Origin: Geosiphon pyriformis uo1
Taxonomy: Eukaryota; Fungi; Glomeromycota
Length of the DNA stretch: 64,000 nucleotides
Assembly: GCA_016748015.1 (NCBI GenBank)
Contig: JAAOMT010000436.1
Span: 2,253,037 to 2,317,036 of the forward strand
Direction: 5' to 3'
This document shows, piece after piece, positions 1-13,267 of the stretch. Each line of letters opens with the position of its first letter. The stretch's first letter is position 1. Below the pieces are notes generated by a model, which did not search any database, had not been told where the DNA came from, and saw only the letters and a list, made by a program, of their open reading frames with translations. A program made the translations under genes and the position numbers.

Positions 1-395
1 CCCAAAATTTCTGCCTGTATCTCTGAAGTTGTTTTCTTCATGAGCTTTATGTCATCTATGATTTCACCAAGGCGACCATAGAGCTCTAGTTGTCTTCCAT
101 ATGACAAGTTTTTGTCTATGAGTAAGATTTTTTTAATTGTTTTTCCAAGTGTGGTGGAAGGTACAAACATCACTGCTGTTATACTTTCTAGCAGATATTT
201 ATCTATTTTGCTACCAATTTTTTCTCTTCTGATAGTTGTTTTCTTTGGTCTAATAACAGTATGTGTTCCACTGCTATCAGTTATGGTGATCTGTTTTCCA
301 ATGGTCAAAGTAGCATTTGGATAGTTTTTAATCCAATACTTATGGAGAGTATAGAAGGCATTTTGAATGTTTTGATCCAGAAAATAATTGTTTAT
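1..395 (-). pseudogene. A1 ORF3 (accessory ORF), N-terminal part; start codon mutated ATG>ATA
   Basis: Colinear with intact A4 ORF3 (35033-35689). Confidence 0.8.
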
Positions 396-436
396 GTCAA
401 TTGAAGATACCTCTGTTTTGGGAATGGTGTGTTTAT

Positions 437-1749
437 TTATACTTGATTTTTGTTAATCATTTGAGTTGGTATTACCACAACAGACAACCAATCAGATTGT
501 TTGTGATATTTCTTGAGTTGCGTGCTGTGAACAGGTTGATCATTAAAGATTGTTCCAGATTGATCTTGAAGAATATAAGAACCATTGTTCAAAACTTTGT
601 TGACTATAAAGGGTTCTTTCCATTGGCTAAAAAATTTATCACCATAAATATTGTCTCTGTCTGAACAGTATTCCAATACCAAGTTACTAATACTTAAAAA
701 AAGTGTTTTATAGGTTTTCTTTTTCTTAAGCTTTTCTTGAAACTGTTTTATCTTTTCAAAAGCAATTATTTGTGCTTCTACCAAGGAGTCAAGAATGATA
801 TCAAGTTTTCTTTGCAAATGTCTTTGTAATTTTCTATTGTGATCTTTTCAAAGAGTATTGTCTCAATGTCAGTTTCTATTGGTAGTGTTGCCATGCATCC
901 ATAGAGCAGATAAAAAGGTTCATAACTTGTTATGTCATGATTCATAGTTCTATAAGCAAACAAAGCTGAAGGCAGTACTTTGTCCCATAAGTTTGTTTCT
1001 TTACTTGTTTTGGCTAGAGTTTCACATAGTGTTCTATTAAAATGTTCCACTAGGCCATTTGTATGGGGGTGATAAGGAGAGGAAAGTTTGTGACGTATTC
1101 CCATTTTTCTACAAAGTTCTTCAACCAGTGTACTGAGAAAAGCTTTTCCTCTATCAGATAAAAGTTCTCTGGGGCAGCCATGATGACAGATGATATTTTC
1201 ATAAATGAAATTGGCTATTGAAACTGCTGTTTGGTCAGGAGTGGCTCTTGCTTCTACCCACTTTGTAAGATAGTCAGTAGCTGTGATAATGTATCTGTTG
1301 CCATCAGGGGTTATTGTTAAGGGTCCAACAACATCTATACCAATTCTGTCAAATGGTTGGCCAACAGAGATTGGATAGATATCTTTTTTTCTATTGGGTT
1401 TTCCTCTTCTTTGGCAGGTATTACAGGTTTTAATGTACTCAGCAATGTCTTTTCCCAAGGTAGGCCAATAATAGTGAGCTAGAGTTTTCTGAATTGTTTT
1501 TGTTTTTTCAAAGTGTCCAGCTAATGGATCAGTGTGCATGTTATAGATCACAATTTCTCTTTCTTCAAATCTTATGACTCTCTGGGGGCAGTCAGAATCT
1601 TTTCTGTTTCTTTTGTATAGTTGGTTCTGGTGGATTAAATAGAAATTTGATTGTTTGCACAAATGTTCTCTTTGCTGTCAATTGTATTCCAGTGGGTATT
1701 GTTCTTTACCCAAAAATTCCATTAAGGCAGAGTAGTTGTCCAAGTCAAT
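437..1749 (-). pseudogene. A1 integrase (HHCC, DDE core, GPF/Y region), frameshifted
   Basis: ORFs 778..1662 and 437..817: HTDPLAGHF, CNTC, GIDVVGP, LSDRG, NGLVE. Confidence 0.92.
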
Positions 1750-1814
1750 TATCGTGTTTGGTTGTGAGAGAATTACTAATAATTAGGTTGGTTTGGTTTG
1801 AGGTAGTTGTACTG

Positions 1815-4472
1815 TCACTGGATGGTAAGTCTAGAGAGAACATCAGCATTTTGATAATGTGCTCCTTTGCAATGTTGAATGTCATAGTCAAATTTGTCCA
1901 AGTGGAGTATCCAGCAAGTTATTCTTTTATGTTCCAGCTTCTTTTTGTTGTGTAACCAAACCAAAGCTTAGTGATCTGTTACCACCAAAAACTTTACCTC
2001 CAGGAGATACTTATCTCAGTAACTGGTAGCCCAGACTACTGTTAAGCATTCCTGCTCAGTAACTGAATAGTTCTACTGGCATATGCTATTGCATGTTCTC
2101 TGTCATCTTCATTTTTTTGTGACAGGACAGCACCAAGTTTATAACCAGATGCATTAGTATGAAGGATAAAAGGTTGATCCAGATCAGGTTGCTTGAGAAT
2201 AGGTTCTGTAACCAATTTTTCTTTGAAGGTTTCAAATGCTTTCTGCTGATGTGTACCCCAATGGTAATTAACATTTTTCCTAAGTAGCTGATTGAGTGGA
2301 GAGGCAATTTTGGAAAAATCTTTGACAAATTTCTGATAATAAGAAGCCAAACCAAGGAAAGAGCACAGTTCATGAACATTCATTGGTTGTCTAATGTTCT
2401 GGACTTTTTTAACCTTGGCAGGATTAGGAAAGATTCCATCCTTTGTAATAAGATGGCCAAGAAATTGGGTTGATTGCTGTCCAAAGAAAGATTTAATTGG
2501 GTTTATCTTAAGGCCAGCATTTCTAAAGAGGTCAAAAACCTTTTGCAAATGTTCAAGATGTTCATCTCAGGTTTTTGAGTACACCATTATGTCATCCAAA
2601 TAAACCAGAACAAAATTTTTTTTTACTGATTCAAATACTTTGTCCATTAAGCATTGAAAGATGGGAGGAGCATTGGTGAGACCAAAAGGCATGACTGTAA
2701 ATTCATAGGTGCCATACTTGGTTATGAAGGCGGTTTTCTTTCGACTTTCTGGATCCATCTCTACTTGCAGTTAGATCAATGGTTGAGAAGAAAGCAGCAC
2801 CCTTGAATTGATCTAGCATTGCATCAATTTTGGGAAGTGAGTACATGTCTCTTTCAGTAATGGCATTTAATTGGCAATAATTGACACAGAAGCACAGAGT
2901 TCCACTTTTCTTGGATACCACTACAACTGGGAAAGCCCATTCACTCTTGGTTTCTTGTATAAATCCAAGATCTTTCATTTGTTTTATTTTTTTCTTGATG
3001 AACTCATCATTGTGGTGATTAAATTGATATGGCTTTAGATGGATGGGGTGAGTTTCTCTGGTGGTGATGGTGTGTTGTATCACATGAGTTCGTCCAGGGG
3101 TATTACCTTCTTTTGAGATAACTGGGCTGTTTCTAGCCAGCGGATTTTCAATGTCTATTTTTTTTTCTTCTGGAGAGGGTTTTCTTTGTTTTACAACTAG
3201 TGATTGGATCTCAGATGGTTCATTTTCAAAAGACTTTTGGACTTCTTTCAATTTTTCTCTAGGTATCAAACTGATTGGTTCCCAATCTTTGTAATAGATC
3301 AGGCATGATTTGCATTCATCACTTGGAGAATACAAGGGTTGGTTGCACTAGCACCAGGCACAAGAACCATGCCACCAATAATGGTACTTGGCTTTCTTGC
3401 CAGGCTTTTGGTCAAAGGTTTTTCTAAGGATATCATAGTAGGGCCAGCAGATCAGCTTGCCATTCACAATGATTCCTTCTTTGTCAGCTTTGACATTGTT
3501 CAGTGGCTTGCCATTGCTGGTGAAGGTAGTATATGCAAGTTCAGTGGTTTCTTTTTGTTCCTCTTGTTCTTCTTCTTCATCACTCTCTTTATCATCTGAT
3601 TCATTTGATTGTTCTTCTTCTTGATCCTGTTTGTTTGCTGGGGGAGTTGTCCAATGGCAGCATTTAACCACTATGGGCTTCTCATTACATCTGATGGTTA
3701 ATTCACACAGTTCATAGTCAAGTAAGGCTTTTGCTTTTTTGAGCCACTCATTGCCAACAATAATGGTGTATTCCTTTGCTTCAGAAACCTCCATATCAGT
3801 TTCAATGCTGATGCCATTGATGTGGACAGGAATAGCTTTGGCAATACCAAGACCTTTCTTTTTATTACCATGTACATTAGTCATAGGTCTGGTGGAAGGT
3901 TCGTCAATTTTTCTGCCAATTGCTTCTAAGAAATGTTTGGCAATGACACTCACAGATGATCTACTGTCTAGGATCAAGTCAATGAAATAACCAGCCACTT
4001 GGGCTTTGCAAATTAAAGGAGTAATATTGCTGTTGTCAGCAAGTCCAGCTTGACAAGGGCATTTGTTGGTTTTTGGTATTTTCTTCTTGGGAATCAGAGA
4101 TTTGTGGAGATCTTTTCTAAACTGTGGATGGGTTATCAGCTGGCCAAAGGTAATATGTGCTGGGGTTTCCATGAGATCTTTAACAACAGAATAAGGTCCA
4201 GATTTTTGTACTATTTCTGGGGGTTTTAGCTTTGGAGGATTCTTAAAAACTTTAGCCTTTGGTGGCTCATTATTATTAGCAGTTGATGTAGATGGTTTGT
4301 TTGGATCCAAAACGAAATCAACCTTGGCTTTCTTCTTCCTTGTTGATTCTGTGGTGTTAATTGCTAGTTCATCCATGTCATTGTCATCATCAGTTAAGTT
4401 AAAGGTGTAAAAGGAGTTTTTTTTTGGTTGGCTTGCACTCTCACCCTTTGGAGATGCGCCTACCAGTTTAAA
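1815..4472 (-). pseudogene. pol: A1 pol (aspartic protease, RT, RNase H), fragmented
   Basis: [33 protein letters not shown]. Confidence 0.92.
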
Positions 4473-5962
4473 GGCTGATAAACAGTGGCTTTAACTAGGA
4501 GATTCTCTCCAAAGAAATTGATATTGGCATGATTAGGTCTTTGATTAAGGGCATTGTTGTTAATGGTTCTGTTGTTTTGGTTATCATTGTTTCTGGGAGC
4601 TGGAGAGGGTAAGAGAAAATTGTTGCAATCTCTTGAAAAATGTCCAGTTAATCCACAGCAATAGCACACAGATGAGCCACAATTTTGTTGTCTTTGATAA
4701 GGTGGTTGCTGAGGCTGATTGAAACATGGCTCAAATCTGGGTCTTTGGGGTTGCTAGTTATCTCTGACTGCTTGGGCTAATGGTTCTAATAGCTGAGCAA
4801 GATTTGCTGTGAGTCTATCTATCAACTGTTCATTTGGGTCTTGAGTTTGGACAGCAAAAGAAGTAGTAGCCATTTGGGAAGCAGGAGCCATAACAGGAGC
4901 AGGAGCAAAAACTGGAAGTGTGGATCCCAAGTGCATTCTTTGGTTGTTTTCAATTCTTTGGGCAAGTTCAATGGCCATGTCCATTGTAGGATTATCTTTT
5001 AGAGCCAAGAAAGGCCAAAGAGCATAGGATAAGTCAGTTCTCAATCTTTTTGTAAAGGAATGAATTTTTTGTTCTTCTGTCCAGTTTCTTCCAGAGTCTA
5101 CTTGTTTGATTAACTTTCTGATTGCTTTGGCATATTCAGTTACTACTTCTCCTGGACCTTGAGTTCTTCTTTCCAATTCTATGCGCCACTTGGATATCAA
5201 GATTGGGGTTCTGAACTTGTTTTCAAACCGGGTTGTGAAAGAGGTGTTGTTTTCTCCAGCATTTGCTGGCATTCATCTAATGATTCTTTGATGAGCATTG
5301 GAGTCTTGAAGGTAGCCACCAACAATTTGAAACTTGTACTCATCATTGTATTGGTTAGCTGTAGCAGCTCTCTCAAAGTCATCCAACTATTCAATTAAAT
5401 CTTGTGCATCACCTTTAAATAATGGTAGTGGAGTGTTGTTTCTTCACCCCAAGGCAGTTTGTATACCTTGGAGGACAGCCAGGATGTTTGCTTGCATTGG
5501 ATCTTGGGCCATTAGTTCAGGAGTTACTGTTTGTGTGGAGTGCTCTGATTTACTTGAGAAAATATCAAAAATAGGGGCAGTTTGGTAACTTTCTTCTTCT
5601 GTTTCAAAGGGGTTTTCAGCTAGTTAGTGAGCAGCAATCCAAATATGGATTTGGTGATTCAGATATTCGAAATCAGGGGGCTGTTGTTCAAAGGTTGTGG
5701 AGTATAAGAGCTGATTAATGCTGGTATTTCTTTCTTCAAAATTGTCTTCAAAATAAGCTTGATTAAAGTAATAGATAGTATAAGCTGTGTAGGTTTCAGC
5801 TGAATACTCATTCAGAAACCAGTTCCAAAAGTCTTGGAATTGTCTACTGGATTGTTCTTCAACAGGGAAACAGATCAAGCAGGAGGGCAGAGGATTGAGT
5901 TCAATAAACTCTAAGTCGTTTCTGTTGTGTGCTGCAAAGTGTTCTTCTGATTGCTGTGGCAA
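4460..5962 (-). pseudogene. gag: A1 gag with CCHC knuckle; the ATG region is deleted relative to A2-A4
   Basis: RRTQGPGEVVTEYAKAIRKL (retrotrans_gag-like); CYCCGLTGHFSRDC. Confidence 0.9.
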
Positions 5963-5987
5963 TGAGAAAATAAGTGAATTTTGACAA

Positions 5988-6004
5988 CCTCACAGGGAGC
6001 ACCA
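5988..6004 (-). other. Primer binding site TGGTGCTCCCTGTGAGG (A1)
   Basis: Starts with TGG, 6 nt after the 5' LTR end; complementary to a tRNA 3' end ...GGGAGCACCA. Confidence 0.85.
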
Positions 6005-6010
6005 CTTTTA

Positions 6011-6651
6011 TGTTATGGGTTGGAATTACAAGCTAACAGATAACAAGGAAGAACAGGATTGTAGGGTGATGGAAATAATCAAAGGGAATTTCAACTTTAA
6101 AGAGCGAATTGAATGAGTATGGATTCAATGTGCAAGATTAGTCTCATAAAATATCTCAGTCACTATTCTTTTCAAAGGTAACTGGGGAATCTGAAAGTAG
6201 AGGGATAGTCCGTACTGTCAACAATTAATCACCACTGGTATAATTCTATGCTTCACATCAGCACTCTTAGAATTCAATATCAGGTATTAACTTGTGCTTT
6301 TCAGTCATGTTTATTCAAATAATCTTCAAATGCTACAATTATATATGTCAGGAAAAGGCCAACAAGTAATCTTTTATCTTTAAGATGTTCAGATACTTGA
6401 AGGTAGGGAAAAAGAAATTAGTGATAAGAGAAGAATTGAGATGAAAGTTGTTATTTTATTTATTCTTGATTATTCAGATGCTTGTTATTACATGCTTTTC
6501 TATAGCTAAGAGATTCATCATTTATATAGCTATCAAAAGTAGTCAATGATCAGGTCAATGATCACTTTCTAAAAATAGTGTGGCTAATCATATGACATCA
6601 GTGGCTAATACATGTGATAATTAATAAGAAGTATAGGTCTCAACTGTAACA
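6011..6651 (-). repeat. A1 5' LTR
   Basis: TGTTA...TAACA ends; near-identical to the A4 LTRs. Confidence 0.93.
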
Positions 6652-7853
6652 GTATAAAGATGAGTAATGCATGGCACTGGCCGAAATATCTACTGAAAGT
6701 TTTGCTTTTCTTTTTACAGTAGCTGAGATCTTTGAGGTCCACTTTCTGGCTTAACTGTTTGGTATATGGGTCAATTGAGATCTAAATTCTATTGCTGGAC
6801 CAAGTACACTGTTGAAGATATAAATTGCCTGTTTTTCAGTAATGTGTTTTTTCCTAATAACCCCACATACTGCTTCAATGTTAAATCCTATTATTTTTAG
6901 CACAGTTTTATTTTTTCCATCTGCTTTGATCCATACCCCCAAATATCAGGTGCATGTAGACAAATTCAGCAATTTCAAGGTTTGTTTGTTTGGACCAAAT
7001 TTTAGTGGCTCAACTAACATTGATTTTTTTTTAGAGGGTCTTATCACCATTGTTTTAGTCTTATCTAAGTTAATCTCAATATCCACCATTCTAAAGAAGG
7101 AGCTGACTGTGTTCAGAATACTCTGTATTTTTTGTCTTGAGTTAGCTATCCACACTGTGTCATTGACAAAGGCAAGGTGGTTTACTGATGCCAATAGGGA
7201 TTGTGTGTTTGTTTGATCATCCCACTTTTTTTATTCAGCTGTTAATTTGTATTCTTGGCTGTAATTGGTTTGTTTCACCTCACACAGTAGAGAGTCATAA
7301 AAAATCCTCCACATAATAGGTGAGCTCATTTCCTCCTGATCTAGTCTATTCTGTATTTGATATTTATCACTTAACCCAAACTCAGTTATGATCCTATTGC
7401 TACTATTGTTATGTATTAAGCAAAATAGCTCAGTAAATCTATTGTTCATTTTGATTCTTTTTAGTGCAGCTTTCATGGGTTTCTATTCTACTGAGTTGTA
7501 TGTTTTTTTCATGTCCTGAAATGTAAACCAAACCTTATTACCAAATTCTCTTGTATGCTCAACAATAGCATTAATCACATAAATTGGCACTACTGTAAAG
7601 GTATTCTTTAAAACTGAGGTGTTGTAACCTTTTAAGACATTGTGGAGCTCATATGCTTTTGATATTCTTGCAGTTAGAATCTTTGTTAAGATCTTTCTGG
7701 TGCTTTCAATAAGTGTGATTGGTCTGGTAATGTCAATATTGCCATCCCATTCTTTTGGCTTTGGAATCAGTATGACCTGTGCTATTCTCCACTTTTCAGG
7801 CATGTTTGCTGCTTCTATGCAAACATTCAGCAATGTTCTTAGTTTAAACTTAG
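6652..7853 (-). mobile_element. Non-LTR (LINE) retrotransposon RT fragment, interrupted by A1 and A2
   Basis: PEKWRIAQVILIPKP..TRPITLIES.RKIL, FQDMKKTYNSV, LDQEEMSSP (QG..SP-like), LAFVND, INLDKT are LINE RT motifs. Confidence 0.88.
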
Positions 7854-8519
7854 TGTTACGGGTTGGAGTAACAAGCTAACAGATAGCAAGGGAGAACAGT
7901 ATTGTATGGTGATGGAAATAAACAAAGTAGGAATTACAATAAGGAAGCAAATTGAATAAGTAGGAATTCAATGTGCATGATCAGTCTCATAAAAATCACA
8001 GTCGCTAATCTTTTCTTAAATCTGAAGGTAGAGGAATAGTCCATGATTGTCAACAAGATAACACCGCTGCAATTATTCAATGCCTCAACTTGGCGATTCT
8101 TAGAATCAATAACAGGTATCATTGTACTTTTCAATTGTTTCTTTATTCAATGAATTACAAGAGCAAGCCAATTGCTTCTCAGGCTAATTCTAACAAATAC
8201 AAATCAAGAAGGGGAAAAAATAAGGTATGTCAATGCCAACAAGTAGATACTTGAAGGTAAGAAAAGGAGAATAAGCGATTATGAAAGGAAGTAATTGATA
8301 TTGTTTATTTCGTTACTTTGATCATGTCTTTCTACAGCTAAAGAAATCATTGCTTATATAGCTATCTAAAGTGGTCAACGACCAGGTTAATGATCAGGTC
8401 AATGATCAGGTCAATGATCAGGTCAACGATCACTATCTAAAAATAGGGTGGCTAATTATATGACATCAGTGGCTAATACATGTGATAATTAATAAAAACT
8501 ATGTGTTTCAACCATAACA
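7854..8519 (-). repeat. A2 3' LTR (PPT GGAGAGGATGA at 8520-8530)
   Basis: TGTTA...TAACA; homologous to 14862-15539. Confidence 0.95.
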
Positions 8520-8735
8520 TCATCCTCTCCAAAAAGATTAAGCTCTGGCGAAATCAAACTATTTATGGGATAGTCTATGTGAAGGGTTTTGTCTAACTCA
8601 AAACTAACTAGTTTGTTGAAGTCTTTTGTGGATAGAGTATATAGTACTTGAGGCAAAATAAGCTTTGTATCCAAGAGACCAAATCTTTGTATAAGAGTTC
8701 TGGCTCTTCTTGCAATGGTCAAAACTCTTGGGACA
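8489..8735 (-). pseudogene. A2 ORF3 C-terminal part (remainder in the gap)
   Basis: VPRVLTIARRARTLIQRFG...ETHSFY matches A3/A4 ORF3. Confidence 0.85.
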
Positions 8736-9416
8736 NNNNNNNNNNNNNNNNNNNNNNNNNNNNNNNNNNNNNNNNNNNNNNNNNNNNNNNNNNNNNNNNN
8801 NNNNNNNNNNNNNNNNNNNNNNNNNNNNNNNNNNNNNNNNNNNNNNNNNNNNNNNNNNNNNNNNNNNNNNNNNNNNNNNNNNNNNNNNNNNNNNNNNNNN
8901 NNNNNNNNNNNNNNNNNNNNNNNNNNNNNNNNNNNNNNNNNNNNNNNNNNNNNNNNNNNNNNNNNNNNNNNNNNNNNNNNNNNNNNNNNNNNNNNNNNNN
9001 NNNNNNNNNNNNNNNNNNNNNNNNNNNNNNNNNNNNNNNNNNNNNNNNNNNNNNNNNNNNNNNNNNNNNNNNNNNNNNNNNNNNNNNNNNNNNNNNNNNN
9101 NNNNNNNNNNNNNNNNNNNNNNNNNNNNNNNNNNNNNNNNNNNNNNNNNNNNNNNNNNNNNNNNNNNNNNNNNNNNNNNNNNNNNNNNNNNNNNNNNNNN
9201 NNNNNNNNNNNNNNNNNNNNNNNNNNNNNNNNNNNNNNNNNNNNNNNNNNNNNNNNNNNNNNNNNNNNNNNNNNNNNNNNNNNNNNNNNNNNNNNNNNNN
9301 NNNNNNNNNNNNNNNNNNNNNNNNNNNNNNNNNNNNNNNNNNNNNNNNNNNNNNNNNNNNNNNNNNNNNNNNNNNNNNNNNNNNNNNNNNNNNNNNNNNN
9401 NNNNNNNNNNNNNNNN
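8736..9416. other. Assembly gap (N run)
   Basis: 681 N; the equivalent stretch in A3 (24284-24841) is 558 nt. Confidence 1.
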
Positions 9417-10623
9417 TGAATATTGTTCCATATTGATCTTGTAAGATATAAGAACCATTGTTCAAAACTTTGTTGACTATAAAGGGTCCTTTCCACCAGC
9501 TAGAGAATTTATCACCATAGACATTGTCTCTGTCTGAATGGTATTCCAAAACTAAGTTACCAACACTTAAGGAAAGTGTTTTATAGGTCTTTTTCTTTTT
9601 GAGCTTCTCTTGGACCTGTTTTATCTTTTCAAAGGCAATTATCCGTGCTTCTACTAATGAGTCAAGAATGGTACCAAGTCTTCTTTGCAAAATGTCTTTG
9701 TAATCTCCTATTGTTATTTTTTCAAAAGGTATTGTTTCTATATCCGTTTCTATTGGTAGAGTTGCCATTTGTCCATAGAGCAGATAAAAGGGTTCATAAC
9801 TTGTTATGTCATGATTCACAGTTCTGTAAGCAAACAAGGCTGAAGGCAATACTTTGTCCCATAGGTTGGTTTCTTCACTGGTTTTGGCTAGGGTTTCACA
9901 TAGTGTTCTATTGAAACATTCCACTAGACCATTTGTTTGGGGGTGATAAGGGGAAGAGAGTTTATGACATATTCCCATTTTTCTGCAAAGTTCTTCAACC
10001 AGTGTACTGAGAAAAGCTCTTCCTCTATCAGATAAAAGTTCTTTGGGGCAGCCGTGGCAACAGATAATATCTTCATAAATGAAATTGGCAATTGAGACTG
10101 CTGTTTGATCTGGAGTGGCTCTTGCTTCTACTCACTTTGTAAGATAGTCAGTAGCTGTGATAATGTATCTGTTGCCATCAGGAGTTACTGTTAAAGGTCC
10201 AACAACATCTATACCAATTCTATCAAATGGTTGACCAACAGAGATTGGATGGATATCTTCCTTGCGATTGGGTTTTCCTCTTCTTTGGCAGGTATCACAG
10301 GTTTTGATGTATTCAACAATGTCTTTTCCCAAAGTAGGCCAATAATAGTGAGCTAAAGTTTTCTGAATTGTTTTTGTTTTTCCAAAGTGTCCAGCTAATG
10401 CATCAGTGTGCATATTGTAGATCACAATTTCTCTTTTTTCAAATCTAATGACTCTCTGAGCGCAGTCAGGATCTTTTCTATTTCTTTTATATAACTGGTT
10501 CTGGCAAATCAAATAGAAATTTGATTGTTTGCACAAATGTTCTCTTTGCTGTCGATTATAGTCTAGCGGGTATTGTCCTTTACCCAAAAATTTCATTAAA
10601 GCAGAGTAGTTGTCCAAGTCCAT
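9417..10623 (-). pseudogene. A2 integrase
   Basis: MDLDNYS...GHF...CDTC...GIDVVGP...NGLVE...GPF. Confidence 0.92.
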
Positions 10624-10688
10624 TATCGTGTTTGTTTGTGGGGGAGTTACAAATAATTAAGTTGGTTTGGTTTGAGAGGGTTTTACCA

Positions 10689-13267
10689 TCACTGGATGGT
10701 AAGTCTGGAGAGAGTGTTAGTGTTTTGATGATTAGCTCTTTTGCAGTGTTGAATGTCATAGTCGAATTCGTCCAAGTGGAGTATCCAGCGAGTTATCCGT
10801 TTATGTTCCAAGTTTCTTTTGTTGCATAGCCAAACCAAAGCTTGGTGATCTGTTACCACCAAAAATTTCACACCTTTAAGATATTTGTCCCAGTAGCTGG
10901 TAGCCCAAACTACTGCTAAGCATTCCTGCTCAGTAACTGAGTAGTTCCTTTCTGCTGGTGTGAGAGTTCTACTGGCATATGCTACAGCATGTTCTCTGTT
11001 ATCTTCATCTTTTTAGGAAAGAACAGCACCAAGTCCATAGCCAGATGCATCAGTGTGGAGGATAAAAGGTTGATCCAAATTAGGTTGATGAGGATGGGTT
11101 CTGTAACCAGTTTTTCCTTCAGAATTTCAAATGCTTTTTATTGATGAGTGCCTCAGTGATAATTGATGTTTTTCCTAAGTAGCTGATTGAGAGGAGCAGC
11201 GATTTTGGAGAAATTCTTGATAATAAGAGGCCAAACCAAGAAAAGAGCGTAGTTCATGAACATTCATTGGTTGTTTAATGTTTTGAACTTTTTCAATTTT
11301 GGCTGGATCAGGAAAGATTCCATCTTTTGTAATAAGATGGCCAAGGAACTAGGTGGATTGACGTCCAAAGAATGATTTGATTGGATTGATCTTGAGACCA
11401 GCATTTCTAAGGAGGTCAAAAACCTTTTGCAAATGTTCAAGGTGTTCATTCCAGGTTTTTGAGTATACCATTATGTCGTCCAAGTAGACTAGAACAAAGT
11501 TTTCTTTTACTGATTCAAATACTTTGTCCATTAAGCATTAAAATGTGGAAGGAGCATTTGTGAGACCAAAAGGCATGACTGTGAATTTGTAGGTGCCATA
11601 CTTGGTGATGAAGGCAGTTTTCTTTCTGCTTTCTGGATCCATCTCTACTTGCCAGAATCCAGCAGTTAAGTCAATGGTTGAGAAGAAAGCAGCACCATGG
11701 AATTGGTCTAGCATTGCATCAATCTTGGGAAGTGGGTACATATCTCTTTCAGTAATGGTGATAGTCAACACAAAAGCATAGGGTTCCTCCTTTCTTGGAT
11801 ACCACTACAACTGGGAATGCCCATTCACTCTTGGTTTCCTGTATGAATCCAAGGGTTTTCATTTGGGTTATTTCCTTTTTTATAAACTCATCATTGTGCC
11901 TGTTGGATTGATAGGGCTTCAAATGGATGGGGCGAGTTTCTCTGGTGATGATGGTGTGTTGTATCACATGTGTACATTCAGGAGGTTCACCTTCTTTTGA
12001 GATAACTGGGCTGTTTCTAGCCAGCAGGTTTTTAATGTCTACTTTTCTTTCTTCTGGAGAGGGTTCTCTTTGTTCTACAACCAGTGATTGGATTTCAGGT
12101 GGTTTGTTTTCAAAGGACTTTTGGACTTCTTTTATTTCCTCTCGGGGTATCAAGCTGATTGGTTTCCAATCTTTGTAATAGATCAGGCAGGACATGCATT
12201 CATTGCTAGGAGAGTACAATGGTTTGTCACACCAGCACCAGACACAAGGACCATGCCACCAATAACTGTATTTGGCTTTCTTGCCTGGCTTTCTGTCAAA
12301 GGTTTTTCTAAGCATGTCATAATAAGACCAGCAGATCAGCTTGCCATTGACAATGATTCCTTTTTTATCTGCCTTGACATTATCCAGTGGTTTGCCATTG
12401 CTAGTGAAGATGGTATAAGCGAGTTCAGCAGTTTCTTCTTGTTCTTGTTTTTCTTCTTCCTCACTTTCTTCATCATCTGATTCATCTGATTCATTTTCTT
12501 CTGGACTCTGCTTGGGTACTGGGGGAGTTGTCCAATGGCAACACTTAACCACAATGGGTTTTTCACCACATCTGATGGTTAGTTCACAGAGTTCATAATC
12601 AAGCAAAGCCTTTGCTTTCTTGAGCCATTCATTGCCAACAATGATGGTGTATTTTTTTGCTTCAGACACTTCCATATCAGTTTCAATGCTGATGCCATTG
12701 ATGCGGACAGGAATACCTTTGGCTATGCCAAGCCCTTTTTTCTTATCACCATGCACATTGGTCATTGGTTGTGTGGATGGTTCATCAATTTTTCTGCCAA
12801 TTGCTTCAAGAAAGTGTTTGGCTATTGTCAGCAAGTCCAGCTTGGCGAGGGCGTTTGTTGGTTTTGGGTGGTTTTTTCTTTGGAATCAGGGATTTGCAAA
12901 GATTTTTTCTGAATTGTGGATGGGTCATCAATTGGCCAAAGGTTATATGTGCTGGGGTTTCCATAAGGTCTTTGACAACAGAATAGGGACCGGATTTTTG
13001 TACTATTTCTGGGGGTTCTAACTTTGGAGGGTTCTTGAAAACTTTGGCTTTTGGGGGCTCATTGTTGTCAGCAGTTGATGTAGAAGCTTTATTGGGGTCT
13101 AGAACGAAATCAACTTTGGCTTTCTTCTTCTTTCTTGTGGATTCAGAGGGGTTGATTGCTAATTCATCCATGTCATGGTCATCATCAGTTAAGTTAAAAG
13201 TGTAAAAGGGGTTTTCTTCTGGTTGGCTTGCACTCTCACCCTTTGGAGGTGCGCCTACCAGTTTAAA
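10689..13267 (-). pseudogene. pol: A2 pol (PR-RT-RH); about 89 nt deleted at 12820/12821, removing the protease DSG site
   Basis: Alignment by eye to A3 20766-20854; YLDD retained. Confidence 0.9.

Larger units (their letters stand above)
1..6651 (-). mobile_element. Ty3/gypsy LTR retrotransposon, family A copy A1 (decayed; 3' end lies outside the window)
   Basis: Minus-strand order 5'LTR-PBS-gag-PR-RT-RH-IN-ORF3; RT YLDD; integrase GHF..CxxC and GIDVVGP; multiple stops and indels. Confidence 0.95.

Noticed and set aside
8489-9978. Long ORFs spanning the N run
   Set aside because: Artefacts of translating through the assembly gap
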